Source: Clostridia bacterium (lineage in GTDB: Bacteria; Bacillota; Clostridia; Christensenellales; UBA1242). Taken from it: 64,000 bases of DNA. This document shows, piece after piece, positions 9,427 through 19,063 of this stretch. The notes beneath the pieces are model-generated. The model did not search any database. It was not told the DNA's origin and saw only the letters and a list, made by a program, of their open reading frames with translations. The translations under genes were made by a program, and so were the position numbers. How positions within the stretch are numbered: position 1 is the first letter of the stretch; every line of letters starts with the position of its first letter. The stretch spans positions 11,529 to 75,528 of the forward strand of contig SAAW01000003.1 in assembly GCA_009929275.1 (NCBI GenBank). The letters run 5' to 3'.

Positions 9427-10246
9427 GGTCATCAAAACAAGAAAGATTTACGGATTTGAAAAGCAAACCTATAATTTTTGAAGACTGCACGGGAGCAACT
9501 TTGCCCAAAAATCTCAACAATTTTGCATCGTTTCCGAGCACTTTATACGGCTTCTTTTTCTTAATTGAATTAATAATTTTTCTTGCCATTTTGAGCGCAG
9601 ATGTGCAAAAGTGCTTTATAATTCGCATACTTTTTTGGTCAAAAACTGCTTTCTCATTATCTTTTGAAAAAAATATATTAGTTAGAGTAAACCCAAGAGG
9701 ATATGTCCCAATAAACAAATTTCTATTTTCACTTTGAAGAATTTTTGAATAGGAGGTCACGGCACTTTTAGACGCCGAATAGATGCTTTGACCTGGCACA
9801 GAACAAAGTGCCGAAGCACTCGCGATGTTTATAATCCCACCATTTTTCTTTTTTGAAAAATAATCGGAAAGGACGTTAAAACAATATAAAATCGAAAAAA
9901 AGTTTGTTTCAAAGACTCTCTTTGCTTCCAAAATAGAGATGTTCTGTGCTCTCAAAAATGGGAGCATTGTTCCTGCGTTGTTAATGATAAGATTAAACTC
10001 TTTGTCGTTTAAAAATTCTTTTAACTTTTGCCAATCTTCAAGTTTTGAAACATCACCCACAAAATAGGAAAACTTAGAAGAATTTTCTTTCAAAGCAAGT
10101 TTCTGTTTTTTTAGTCTTTCTTCATTTCTTGAAAAACCCAAAACTGAACAACCAAATTCTTCAATTAAAATCTTTGTCAATTCAAAACCAATCCCGCTTG
10201 ATGAACCAGTGATTATGACGTTAGAATTATATAGCCAATTTTTCAT
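9392..10246 (-). CDS. Short-chain dehydrogenase/reductase (SDR) family oxidoreductase
   Basis: TGSSSGIG cofactor motif, NNAG, and catalytic YSASK. Its 3' end overlaps the glyA 3' end by 35 nt (convergent). Confidence 0.85.
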   Translation of the reverse strand: MKNWLYNSNVIITGSSSGIGFELTKILIEEFGCSVLGFSRNEERLKKQKLALKENSSKFSYFVGDVSKLEDWQKLKEFLNDKEFNLIINNAGTMLPFLRAQNISILEAKRVFETNFFSILYCFNVLSDYFSKKKNGGIINIASASALCSVPGQSIYSASKSAVTSYSKILQSENRNLFIGTYPLGFTLTNIFFSKDNEKAVFDQKSMRIIKHFCTSALKMARKIINSIKKKKPYKVLGNDAKLLRFLGKVAPVQSSKIIGLLFKSVNLSCFDDLNKVEKKSKDS

Positions 10247-10344
10247 ATGTCCATTCTATCAAACTTTTTAAAAAAGTGAAAAGAAAAATTGCTTTTAATT
10301 TTGACTTTAAAATGATATAATTTACAAAAAAATGAGGCGAAAAA

Positions 10345-11439
10345 ATGAGATTAGGTGTTGTTGGACTTCCAAATGTTGGCAAAAGCACATTGTTTAATGC
10401 GATAACAAATGCGGGTGCGGAGAGTGCGAACTATCCTTTTTGCACCATTGAGCCGAATGTTGGCATTGTTGACGTTCCAGATGAGAGACTTGAAACTCTC
10501 TCAAAACTTTATTCTGCAAAAAAGACGACCCCTGCCCAGATTGAATTTGTGGACATTGCAGGGCTTGTGAAAGGTGCGAGCAAGGGCGAGGGGCTTGGCA
10601 ATAAATTCCTCAGTCACATCAGAGAAGTTGACGCAATTGTTCACGTTGTCAGGTGCTTTGACGACCAAAAAGTCATTCACGTCGAAGGAAGTGTTAGTCC
10701 AAGTCGAGATATTCAAACAATAAATTTGGAACTAATCCTTGCGGACCTTGAAAGTTTGACAAAATATATTGAAAAAGAAAACAAGCAACTGAAAGCAGGA
10801 GTGGGAGCAAAAGAAAATATTGTTTTGCTTAATAAAATCAAAGCAACTCTTGAAAATGAAAAACCTGTGAGGAGTTTGAAATTCACCGAAAAAGAAAAAG
10901 AGTATGTTGAGAGTCTATTTTTGCTGACAACAAAACCCGTCATTTATGTTGCAAACATTTCAGAAGACGACATTTTGAAAGAACCAATTGAAATCGCTTA
11001 TGTTAAAGAAGTGATTGACTTTGCAAGCACAGAAAACGGAGAAGTCCTCACATTAAGTTGCAAAATTGAGGAAGAACTCACTGCCCTTGACGTCCAAGAT
11101 AGACAAATTTTTAAAGAAGAATTGGGGATAAATAAAAGCGGACTTGAAAAATTGATTATGATTAGTTACAAAACTTTGGGACTTATGAGTTATCTTACTG
11201 CTGGCGAAAAAGAAGTGCGTGCTTGGACAATAAATGTGGGGACAAAAGCCCCTCAAGCAGCAGGGAAAATTCACAGTGATTTTGAAAAAGGTTTCATTCG
11301 TGCTGAAATTGTGAAATATGATGACCTCATTTCTCTTGGTAGTCTGAATTCTGCCAAAGAAAAAGGAAAAGTCCAGTCAGTTGGCAAAGAATATGTGATG
11401 CAAGACGGCGACGTCTGCCTATTCAAATTTAACGTGTGA
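10345..11439 (+). CDS. ychF: Ribosome-binding ATPase YchF (Obg family)
   Basis: GLPNVGKSTLFNA, YPFCTIEPN, DIAGLVKGAS.GEGLGN.FL, and C-terminal TGS-like ...RAWTI..G..A..AAG.IHSDF..GFIRAE. Confidence 0.9.
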   Translation: MRLGVVGLPNVGKSTLFNAITNAGAESANYPFCTIEPNVGIVDVPDERLETLSKLYSAKKTTPAQIEFVDIAGLVKGASKGEGLGNKFLSHIREVDAIVHVVRCFDDQKVIHVEGSVSPSRDIQTINLELILADLESLTKYIEKENKQLKAGVGAKENIVLLNKIKATLENEKPVRSLKFTEKEKEYVESLFLLTTKPVIYVANISEDDILKEPIEIAYVKEVIDFASTENGEVLTLSCKIEEELTALDVQDRQIFKEELGINKSGLEKLIMISYKTLGLMSYLTAGEKEVRAWTINVGTKAPQAAGKIHSDFEKGFIRAEIVKYDDLISLGSLNSAKEKGKVQSVGKEYVMQDGDVCLFKFNV

Positions 11440-11476
11440 GAAGAATTATAATATAATAACTATTCAGTCTTTTACA

Positions 11477-11517
11477 GAAAAAAACGCTTATGAAAAATTC
11501 ACAAGCGTTTTTTTTAT
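11477..11517. terminator. Bidirectional intrinsic terminator between ychF and gap
   Basis: AAAAAAACGCTT...AAGCGTTTTTTTT. The stem is flanked by A-run and T-run between convergent genes. Confidence 0.6.
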
Positions 11518-11530
11518 TTTGGCTTAAAAT

Positions 11531-12586
<1,056 letters not shown>

Positions 12587-12613
12587 TCAACTATTAATCA
12601 TCAATAATTATTA

Positions 12614-13516
12614 CTAATCATTATTTCTAATGTTATAAAAATGCTTTGGGGAAATTATACTTGCTAATATAAGCAATATTATGCAACCAAAAATTGCAAA
12701 AAGATTATATTCGGGGGGAACTTGTTGAAGAAAAACATTCAAAAACAATGTCGTTAAAAAAAGAACAAAAGATAAGAAAAATGAGATGATAGCAAATAAA
12801 AGAGTAGTGGTCATTTTTTTAAAATCGAGTTTATTAGTTTTTACTTTTGATTCAATATAAATCGTCCTTGAGGAAAATCCAAAGAGGTTTTTTGTGTTTT
12901 TAAGAAAACAACATTTTTCAGGCAGAGTTTTAAAAACATCTATCACATTTTTATCGTAAAGTCCAAGTGAAATTATGTTAAACCTGTCTTTTTTACCTGT
13001 GAAAATCTTTATAACAAAATTGTAAAAGTTTTCAAAAGCACTGATAAAAAAGTTTTTAATCCCACTAAATCTTTTTTTAACAAGCACAATGTTAGCCCCA
13101 AGTTTATATTTTTCAAGACATTTTGAGAAAATCAAATCTAGGTTTTGAATTTCTGCGTCGCCCAAAAGTAAAATATCACCTTTCATAATATTGATTGCTT
13201 TTTTGTAGACACTATTATATGAAAAAGTTTTTTCTTCAATAAAAACTTTAATAATACTATTTTTCTTTGATAAGTCTTTTAGAACTTTTAGATTTTTCTC
13301 ATCACTTTTTGCCACATATGTCAAAATTTGCACATTTTTATGCTCACAAAAGAATTTTGACGACAAAAATGTTTCAAAAAATATTTTGGCATCATTATTT
13401 TCAAATATTGGGATTAGGTATGAAATATCCATATAACATATTATAATATATTTGATAAGTTTTAACAAATCGATATTACAATATATTGACGAAAATATGT
13501 TTAACATTTTTGACAA
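12614..13516 (-). CDS. GT2-like (GtrB/ArnC-type) membrane glycosyltransferase homologue with diverged catalytic motifs
   Basis: Overall layout resembles polyisoprenyl-phosphate glycosyltransferases: N-terminal SYLIPIFEN, mid GDILLLGDAE, then two C-terminal TM helices. The usual DDGS and DxD acidic motifs are not conserved. An internal start at 13432 (MDISYLIPIF) fits the family N-terminus better. Confidence 0.45.
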   Translation of the reverse strand: MSKMLNIFSSIYCNIDLLKLIKYIIICYMDISYLIPIFENNDAKIFFETFLSSKFFCEHKNVQILTYVAKSDEKNLKVLKDLSKKNSIIKVFIEEKTFSYNSVYKKAINIMKGDILLLGDAEIQNLDLIFSKCLEKYKLGANIVLVKKRFSGIKNFFISAFENFYNFVIKIFTGKKDRFNIISLGLYDKNVIDVFKTLPEKCCFLKNTKNLFGFSSRTIYIESKVKTNKLDFKKMTTTLLFAIISFFLSFVLFLTTLFLNVFLQQVPPEYNLFAIFGCIILLILASIISPKHFYNIRNND

Positions 13517-13561
13517 TTTGTTGTAAAATAAAAGTTATAAAATAAGATTAAGGAAGAAAAA

Positions 13562-14482
13562 ATGGAAAATAAACTTTTAACAAATGCTTTAAAAAATAAA
13601 TATGCAGTGGGGGCGTTCAACTTTGCAAACCTTGAAGTTTTGAAAGCAATCATTCTCGCTGCAGAAAATCAAAATTCCCCTGTCATTTGTCAGGTGTCAG
13701 AGGGAGCAATGTCGTTCATTGGCGAAGATTATCTTAAAAACTTCATCACTTCAGCCAGGAAATCTTGCAAAGTGCCGATTAGTTTTCACCTTGACCACGG
13801 CAAATCTCTTGAAAGTGTTAAAAAGGCAATTGATGTGGGCTGTGACTCAGTTATGATTGATGCTTCAATGCTTTCGTTTGAGGACAATATAAAAATAACC
13901 AAAAATGTTGTTGAATATGCCCACAAATTCAATGTTTCTGTTGAAGCAGAACTTGGCTCTCTTGCTGGCATTGAAGAGGACCTTGACGTTGCAGATAAAG
14001 ACAGTCTCTACACAAATCCTTTTCAAGCAAAAGAGTTTGTTAAAAAGACGAAAGTGGATAGCTTAGCAGTGTCGATAGGAACAAAACACGGGGCTTATAA
14101 ATTTAGCGGAAACGCAAGGCTTCGCTTTGACATTTTGGAAAAGATTGAGGAACAAATCCCAAACACCCCTCTTGTTTTACATGGCGCAAGTGGTGTTGAC
14201 GGACAAGATGTTGCACGATTGCTTGAACTTGGGGTGGATATTCATGGAGCAAAGGGTGTTTCAGATGACATTTTACACAAAGTAAGTTTGACAAATATTT
14301 GTAAGATTAATGGAGACACTGACATACGAATTTCTTTTCTCATCGGCATCTTGCAAAATATAGAGAAAAACAACACAAACATTGACTATAGAAAATATCT
14401 CTATAATGGAATGAATGAAGTGTCAGCACTTGTTGCCAAAAAAATGGAATTATATAACAGCAAAAATAAAGCAGATTTATAA
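13562..14482 (+). CDS. fba: Class II fructose-1,6-bisphosphate aldolase
   Basis: YAVGAFN, HLDHG, SVMIDAS, VEAELG, GT.HG.YK, LVLHGASG. Confidence 0.85.
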   Translation: MENKLLTNALKNKYAVGAFNFANLEVLKAIILAAENQNSPVICQVSEGAMSFIGEDYLKNFITSARKSCKVPISFHLDHGKSLESVKKAIDVGCDSVMIDASMLSFEDNIKITKNVVEYAHKFNVSVEAELGSLAGIEEDLDVADKDSLYTNPFQAKEFVKKTKVDSLAVSIGTKHGAYKFSGNARLRFDILEKIEEQIPNTPLVLHGASGVDGQDVARLLELGVDIHGAKGVSDDILHKVSLTNICKINGDTDIRISFLIGILQNIEKNNTNIDYRKYLYNGMNEVSALVAKKMELYNSKNKADL

Positions 14483-14499
14483 AAATAATTAATTTATTT

Positions 14500-14940
14500 T
14501 TATATTACTAATATAATAATTAAAAAAACGCTGGAAAGCATTGATAAAATTGATAAGACTAAGCCAAAAACTCCAATGGATTTGCGGTTTAGTCTTATTT
14601 GCATCACTCCAAAAACAAATCCATAAATCGACAGAAAAATGGAAATTATAATTCCACTAAAAACATAAATAACAAGCATTAAGACATAGGAAAAGCCAAA
14701 AAAGTTCACATTAGATAAGTTGAAAAATAGGCAACAAGCCGAGATTAATAGTGCTATTATGGAAAGAGTAATTGAAAGTTTTCCATATTTTCTTATGTTT
14801 TTTCTTTCATCTTCCGATTTGTTTTTGTCAGCATTATAACCATCAATAAAATTCCTAAATAGAAAAAATCCAGTAACTTTCCCCACTGCATCGTCTTTAT
14901 TTAACCTAGTAGATGTATCTTTTTCTTTTTTAATTTCCAT
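14500..14940 (-). CDS. Small membrane protein, unknown function
   Basis: 146 aa with a charged N-terminus followed by 3-4 hydrophobic helices. No recognisable motif. Confidence 0.45.
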   Translation of the reverse strand: MEIKKEKDTSTRLNKDDAVGKVTGFFLFRNFIDGYNADKNKSEDERKNIRKYGKLSITLSIIALLISACCLFFNLSNVNFFGFSYVLMLVIYVFSGIIISIFLSIYGFVFGVMQIRLNRKSIGVFGLVLSILSMLSSVFLIIILVI

Positions 14941-15017
14941 AAAAAATTCCTTTGCATTATTTTATGTAAAAGAATTTTTTATATTAGTAATTTATAATTA
15001 TTCAGTTATTCGCATAA

Positions 15018-16004
15018 TTATTTTAATTGTGTTTTATTTTGATTGTGTTTTATTTTTTTTTGAAGAAATTTTAATTTTTCCACAAAAAACCATTTTACAA
15101 TTAGAACACTTGCAACAGTCACCATTCCACCAATAAAAACATCTGTGAAAAAATGTGCTCCGCCGATTAATCTTGAAAGAGCAACTATCAAAGTGTATAT
15201 ACTTGCGAAAGAATAGAAAAATACCTTCCATTTTTTAGTGTCCACTTTTTGCAAAAAGTTTGGAAGTAAAATGAGCAAAAATGTGCTTGCTGCTGCGCAG
15301 GTGTGCCCCGACGGGAATGATTTGAAAAAGTCTGAATAGAAAGTTGAAGTTGAAGAAAATTTGTTTGTGTTTATGATAAACCAATTTGTATAATATTCAA
15401 AATTTGTGTAACCTTCATAAATCATTGCTCTATATCTTGTCCTGTCAAAGATAAGTTTGCTTCCTTGAACAATTCCATTTGAAATTCCTGCCACAATAAG
15501 CACGGCTAAAGCAAAGCCCGTAAGAGAAACAATCATCTCTTTTTTTAATCTCCCAAAAATGAAAAAAATTAAAATTGAGATTGAGATTGAAAATCCAATA
15601 ATAGCGAGCTTTCCAAATATGTTTGCCACAAAACTATCTAAGCCAAAATCTGTGTATATTGAAATGTAATTGAGAGTTTTGTTCAATCCATAAAAAGAGC
15701 AAATAATACTTGAAACGCACAAAATTATTAAAAGAGAAACATTAATCCAACTTTTTTTCAGAGGATTTCTTAAAAAATAAAAGAACAAAATTGCAAAAGC
15801 ACAAAGTAAAAATAAATATAAAACATCTTCGCCAATACATTCAAAAATAGTTGCAAACAAATTTTCTGAATGATATTTTCCAACAGTCAAATCTGCCAAA
15901 GCGTTGCTAATTTGCAAATCAAAAATTGTTCCAACAACAAGAGTTGCGACGACTAAAAAAAGAGATATTGCAAGGGAATTATAAAATTTTTTTGTTTTTT
16001 TCAT
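15018..16004 (-). CDS. PAP2-family membrane phosphatase
   Basis: Multi-TM protein with PSGH and SRLIGGAHFFTD, the acid-phosphatase motifs C2 and C3. Confidence 0.75.
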   Translation of the reverse strand: MKKTKKFYNSLAISLFLVVATLVVGTIFDLQISNALADLTVGKYHSENLFATIFECIGEDVLYLFLLCAFAILFFYFLRNPLKKSWINVSLLIILCVSSIICSFYGLNKTLNYISIYTDFGLDSFVANIFGKLAIIGFSISISILIFFIFGRLKKEMIVSLTGFALAVLIVAGISNGIVQGSKLIFDRTRYRAMIYEGYTNFEYYTNWFIINTNKFSSTSTFYSDFFKSFPSGHTCAAASTFLLILLPNFLQKVDTKKWKVFFYSFASIYTLIVALSRLIGGAHFFTDVFIGGMVTVASVLIVKWFFVEKLKFLQKKIKHNQNKTQLK

Positions 16005-16747
16005 AGCTTATTCCTTAATGTTTTATTTTGCATTTTAATTGCTAATTCAAGTGCCAGAATGCACATTTTTTCGTAGTCATTTTCCCGTTGTTTTGCATTT
16101 GTTTTTTTGTTTGTCAAAATTTCGTCTGACACAGTGCAAAGGCAAAGTGCATTTTTTTTAGACTCATTGGCATTGAAGTAAAGTGAAGCAGATTCCATTT
16201 CCACACCTTTAATTCCAAGAGAAATCATTTGTCTATTTTTTTCAACTGAGTCATAAAAAGTGTCGGTGGAAAAGATAGAATCGCAAACTATTTTAATATT
16301 ATTTTCCTTTGCAACCAATTTTAGTTCAGTAAGTAATTTTTTAGAACAAGTGAAAGAAGTCTCTCCGCCATTTTTGAAAATATTTGAGAAGTTTGTGTCG
16401 CTAAAAACTCTTTCGCCCACAAGAATGTCGCCGATGACAAGTTTTTTGTCAAGCGAACCAGTCGTTCCGACGCGAATGATGTTTTCCACATCATAAAAGT
16501 TGAAAAGTTCATATGAATAAATTCCCATTGAAGCATTGCCCATTCCAGAAGACATAATCGTCACAGGCACTTTCTTATAGGTCCCCGTGAAACAAAGATT
16601 GTTCCTCACAGAACTAACAAGTTTTCTGTGTCTCAAAAATTTTTTTGCAAATTTTTTGGCGCGAATTGGGTCTCCGGGCATAATAACTGTTTTTGCAATT
16701 TCACCTTTTCTTGCATCATTATGAACGGTTGGTGTTTGTAAATCCAT
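16001..16747 (-). CDS. deoD: Purine nucleoside phosphorylase, DeoD type
   Basis: VIMPGDPIRAK, FTGTYK, SSGMG..S..IY..EL, RVGT.GS, VEMESA. Has a 4-nt overlap with the downstream PAP2 gene. Confidence 0.8.
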   Translation of the reverse strand: MDLQTPTVHNDARKGEIAKTVIMPGDPIRAKKFAKKFLRHRKLVSSVRNNLCFTGTYKKVPVTIMSSGMGNASMGIYSYELFNFYDVENIIRVGTTGSLDKKLVIGDILVGERVFSDTNFSNIFKNGGETSFTCSKKLLTELKLVAKENNIKIVCDSIFSTDTFYDSVEKNRQMISLGIKGVEMESASLYFNANESKKNALCLCTVSDEILTNKKTNAKQRENDYEKMCILALELAIKMQNKTLRNKL

Positions 16748-16873
16748 AATTGTTACCTCAAAGTTATTTTAAGTTTAATTTGATGATTAGTCAACTTATG
16801 TTGTTAAAATGTTGATAACTATTTGATTAAAAATTAAAAAAAGATATAATTAAACTAAAATCTGAGGTGAAAA

Positions 16874-17548
16874 ATGTTTGTGATAACAATCGACGGAAAG
16901 GCAGGAAGTGGAAAATCCACAATCGCTCAAGGATTGTCTGAAAGACTAAAAATAAAGAAATTAAACACTGGGGCAATATATCGTGGGATTACCTGTGAAT
17001 ATCTGGAACAATACAAAGATGTTAAACCTACAGAAAAAATTATAAATAATTTTCTTAAAAATATTATTATTAAAGTTGAGTTTAATGAGGGAGAGCAAAA
17101 TGTTATTATAAACGGCACAAACTTCACCTCTTTTCTTCGAGAAGAAAGAGTGAGCAACTATACTCCACTGCTTTCGGGTTATGATAATTTGCGAGAAAAA
17201 GTGCGACAAATTCAGCGTGAGTTTGCACAAAAAAATGATTGCATTGTCGAAGGGAGAGATATTGGCAGAGTTGTTTTGCCTAGTGCTCAATGCAAGTTTT
17301 TCTTCACTGCAAGTGTTATTGCAAGAGCGAAAAGACGATATAACCAAATTGGAGAAGAAAAAGTTAGCCTTGAAACGATAAAAAAAGACATCGAAAAACG
17401 CGATGAAATAGACACATACAGAGAATTTGGGGCAATGCTTCCTGCAAAAGACGCCATAATCATAGACAACTCGAACTTGACAATTGATCAAACATTAGAT
17501 AAGTGCCAAAAAATAATTGAAAATAAATTAAAAATTATTAAGCGTTAG
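16874..17548 (+). CDS. cmk: Cytidylate kinase
   Basis: ITIDGKAGSGKST P-loop, GAIYR, and EGRDIG.VV.P.A..K.F..AS...RA.RR. Confidence 0.85.
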   Translation: MFVITIDGKAGSGKSTIAQGLSERLKIKKLNTGAIYRGITCEYLEQYKDVKPTEKIINNFLKNIIIKVEFNEGEQNVIINGTNFTSFLREERVSNYTPLLSGYDNLREKVRQIQREFAQKNDCIVEGRDIGRVVLPSAQCKFFFTASVIARAKRRYNQIGEEKVSLETIKKDIEKRDEIDTYREFGAMLPAKDAIIIDNSNLTIDQTLDKCQKIIENKLKIIKR

Positions 17549-17557
17549 AAATAGTAT

Positions 17558-17586
17558 AAAAAAAAGACAGATTTTCTGTCTTTTTG
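17558..17586. terminator. Bidirectional intrinsic terminator between cmk and tyrS
   Basis: AAAAAAGACAG-atttt-CTGTCTTTTT. Confidence 0.6.
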
Positions 17587-17600
17587 TATCTATAATTTTA

Positions 17601-18821
17601 TTAAAATTTAATTTTTAGGAAAGTTTTTTTGCCCTTTTTCAAGGTTATACCGTTTTTAATTTCATTTTCGTCCACGCAAAAAGATATGTCTAGCACGGAT
17701 TTTCCGTCTATGGTGAGTCCTCCTTGCGAAAGAAGCCTTCGTCCCTCACTTTTTGAAAGACAAAGTCCTGATTCACAAAGCAAGTCGAGTATATTAATTT
17801 TTCCTTGTAAAAGGCAATTGCAACTCAGCGATTTTGTGGGAATGTTTGAGTCGTCGCCAAATCCACAAAAAAGATTTTGAGATGCGCTTTTTGCTTTCTC
17901 TGCCTCATCTTTCCCATGCACAAGAGTTGTCAATTCAAAGGCAAGAATTTCTTTTGCACGGTTGAGTTCTTCGCCTTTCCAATGAGACATTTTTTCAATC
18001 TCATCAAGTGGTAAAAATGTGAGCATTTTCAAACATTTTATTACGTCTTCGTCTGCTCCGTTTCGCCAATATTGATAGAACTCAAAAGGACTTGTCTTTT
18101 TTGCGTCAAGCCACACTGCTCCTTTTGCAGTTTTGCCCATTTTTTTTCCCTCGCTGTTGAGGAGCAATGTTGTCGTCATAGCATAGGCATCTTTGCCCAA
18201 TTTTCTTCTGATAAGTTCGGTTCCACCGAGCATATTAGACCATTGATCGTCACCACCAGCCTCCATATTGCAACCAAAGTTTTTGAAAAGATAGAAAAAA
18301 TCAAAACTTTGCATAATCATATAGTTAAATTCCAAAAAGGAAAGTCCTTTTTCCAGCCTTTGTTTGTAACATTCTGCCCTAAGCATATTGTTCACGCTAA
18401 AATGCGGACCCACTTCTCTGAGCATATCCACATATTTTAAATCTAAAAGCCAATCTGCATTGTTCACACAAAGTGCTTTTCCGTCACTAAAATCAATGAA
18501 TTTTGCAATTTGATTTTTAAAAGAGTTGCAATTTCTTTCAATTTGCTCAGGCGAGAGCATAGACCTCATATCTGTTCTTCCGCTTGGGTCGCCAATGTAA
18601 CCTGTTCCACCGCCCAATAAAACAATGGGTTTGTTACCTGCAAGTTGAAGTCTTTTCATAAAACTGAGAGTCATAAAATGCCCTGCGTGAAGCGAATCTG
18701 ACGTGGGGTCAAATCCAATATAAAACACTGCTTTTCCGTTATTAATAAGTTCTTTGATTTTGTCCTCATCTGTTGTTTGTTTCACAAGTCCGCGAGAGAC
18801 AAGTTCGTCATATAGTTGCAT
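17601..18821 (-). CDS. tyrS: Tyrosine--tRNA ligase
   Basis: Class I signature HAGH (SLHAGH), GGDDQW, KMGKT (KMSKS equivalent), and a C-terminal S4-like domain. Confidence 0.9.
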   Translation of the reverse strand: MQLYDELVSRGLVKQTTDEDKIKELINNGKAVFYIGFDPTSDSLHAGHFMTLSFMKRLQLAGNKPIVLLGGGTGYIGDPSGRTDMRSMLSPEQIERNCNSFKNQIAKFIDFSDGKALCVNNADWLLDLKYVDMLREVGPHFSVNNMLRAECYKQRLEKGLSFLEFNYMIMQSFDFFYLFKNFGCNMEAGGDDQWSNMLGGTELIRRKLGKDAYAMTTTLLLNSEGKKMGKTAKGAVWLDAKKTSPFEFYQYWRNGADEDVIKCLKMLTFLPLDEIEKMSHWKGEELNRAKEILAFELTTLVHGKDEAEKAKSASQNLFCGFGDDSNIPTKSLSCNCLLQGKINILDLLCESGLCLSKSEGRRLLSQGGLTIDGKSVLDISFCVDENEIKNGITLKKGKKTFLKIKF

Positions 18822-19063
18822 AATGTTTTCCTTTTATTTTTTTCATTATATCAAAAAAAGATTTTTTTTCAAATGAAAAACATTTTTTCTTTTTTTATAT
18901 AAAGAAATATTTTTACTATAACAGATTATTATATTTTTTAAAAAATATATCTATTATTGACTAAAATTGGAATAAAGAAATTATAATTATTGCAAAAGCA
19001 TAAAAATAATGGTAAAATAAATTTTTGAATAAAGAAAATAAAATGCGACTATAAAGGTTGGAA

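Noticed and set aside
424-11442. Possibility of an alternative genetic code (TGA as sense, as in Mollicutes or code 25), given the AT-richness and the open frame after the ABC ATPase stop.
   Set aside because: Long conserved genes (ftsH, valS, relA, dnaB) are uninterrupted under code 11. TGA terminates mnmG (tandem TGATGA at the rsmG start) and ychF at positions matching the family C-termini. No conserved Trp position appears as TGA in the proteins I inspected.
16961-17491. Antisense or alternative-frame ORFs longer than 100 aa inside confident genes. Examples are 16961-17491(-), 22380-22901(+), 37562-37999(-), 45110-45499(-), 47851-48300(-), 56681-57112(-), 57595-58071(-), 18072-18440(+) and 19447-19815(-).
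   Set aside because: They lie entirely within well-supported conserved CDSs. They have skewed low-complexity composition (F/S/L/K-rich), typical of shadow frames in AT-rich DNA, and lack an RBS.
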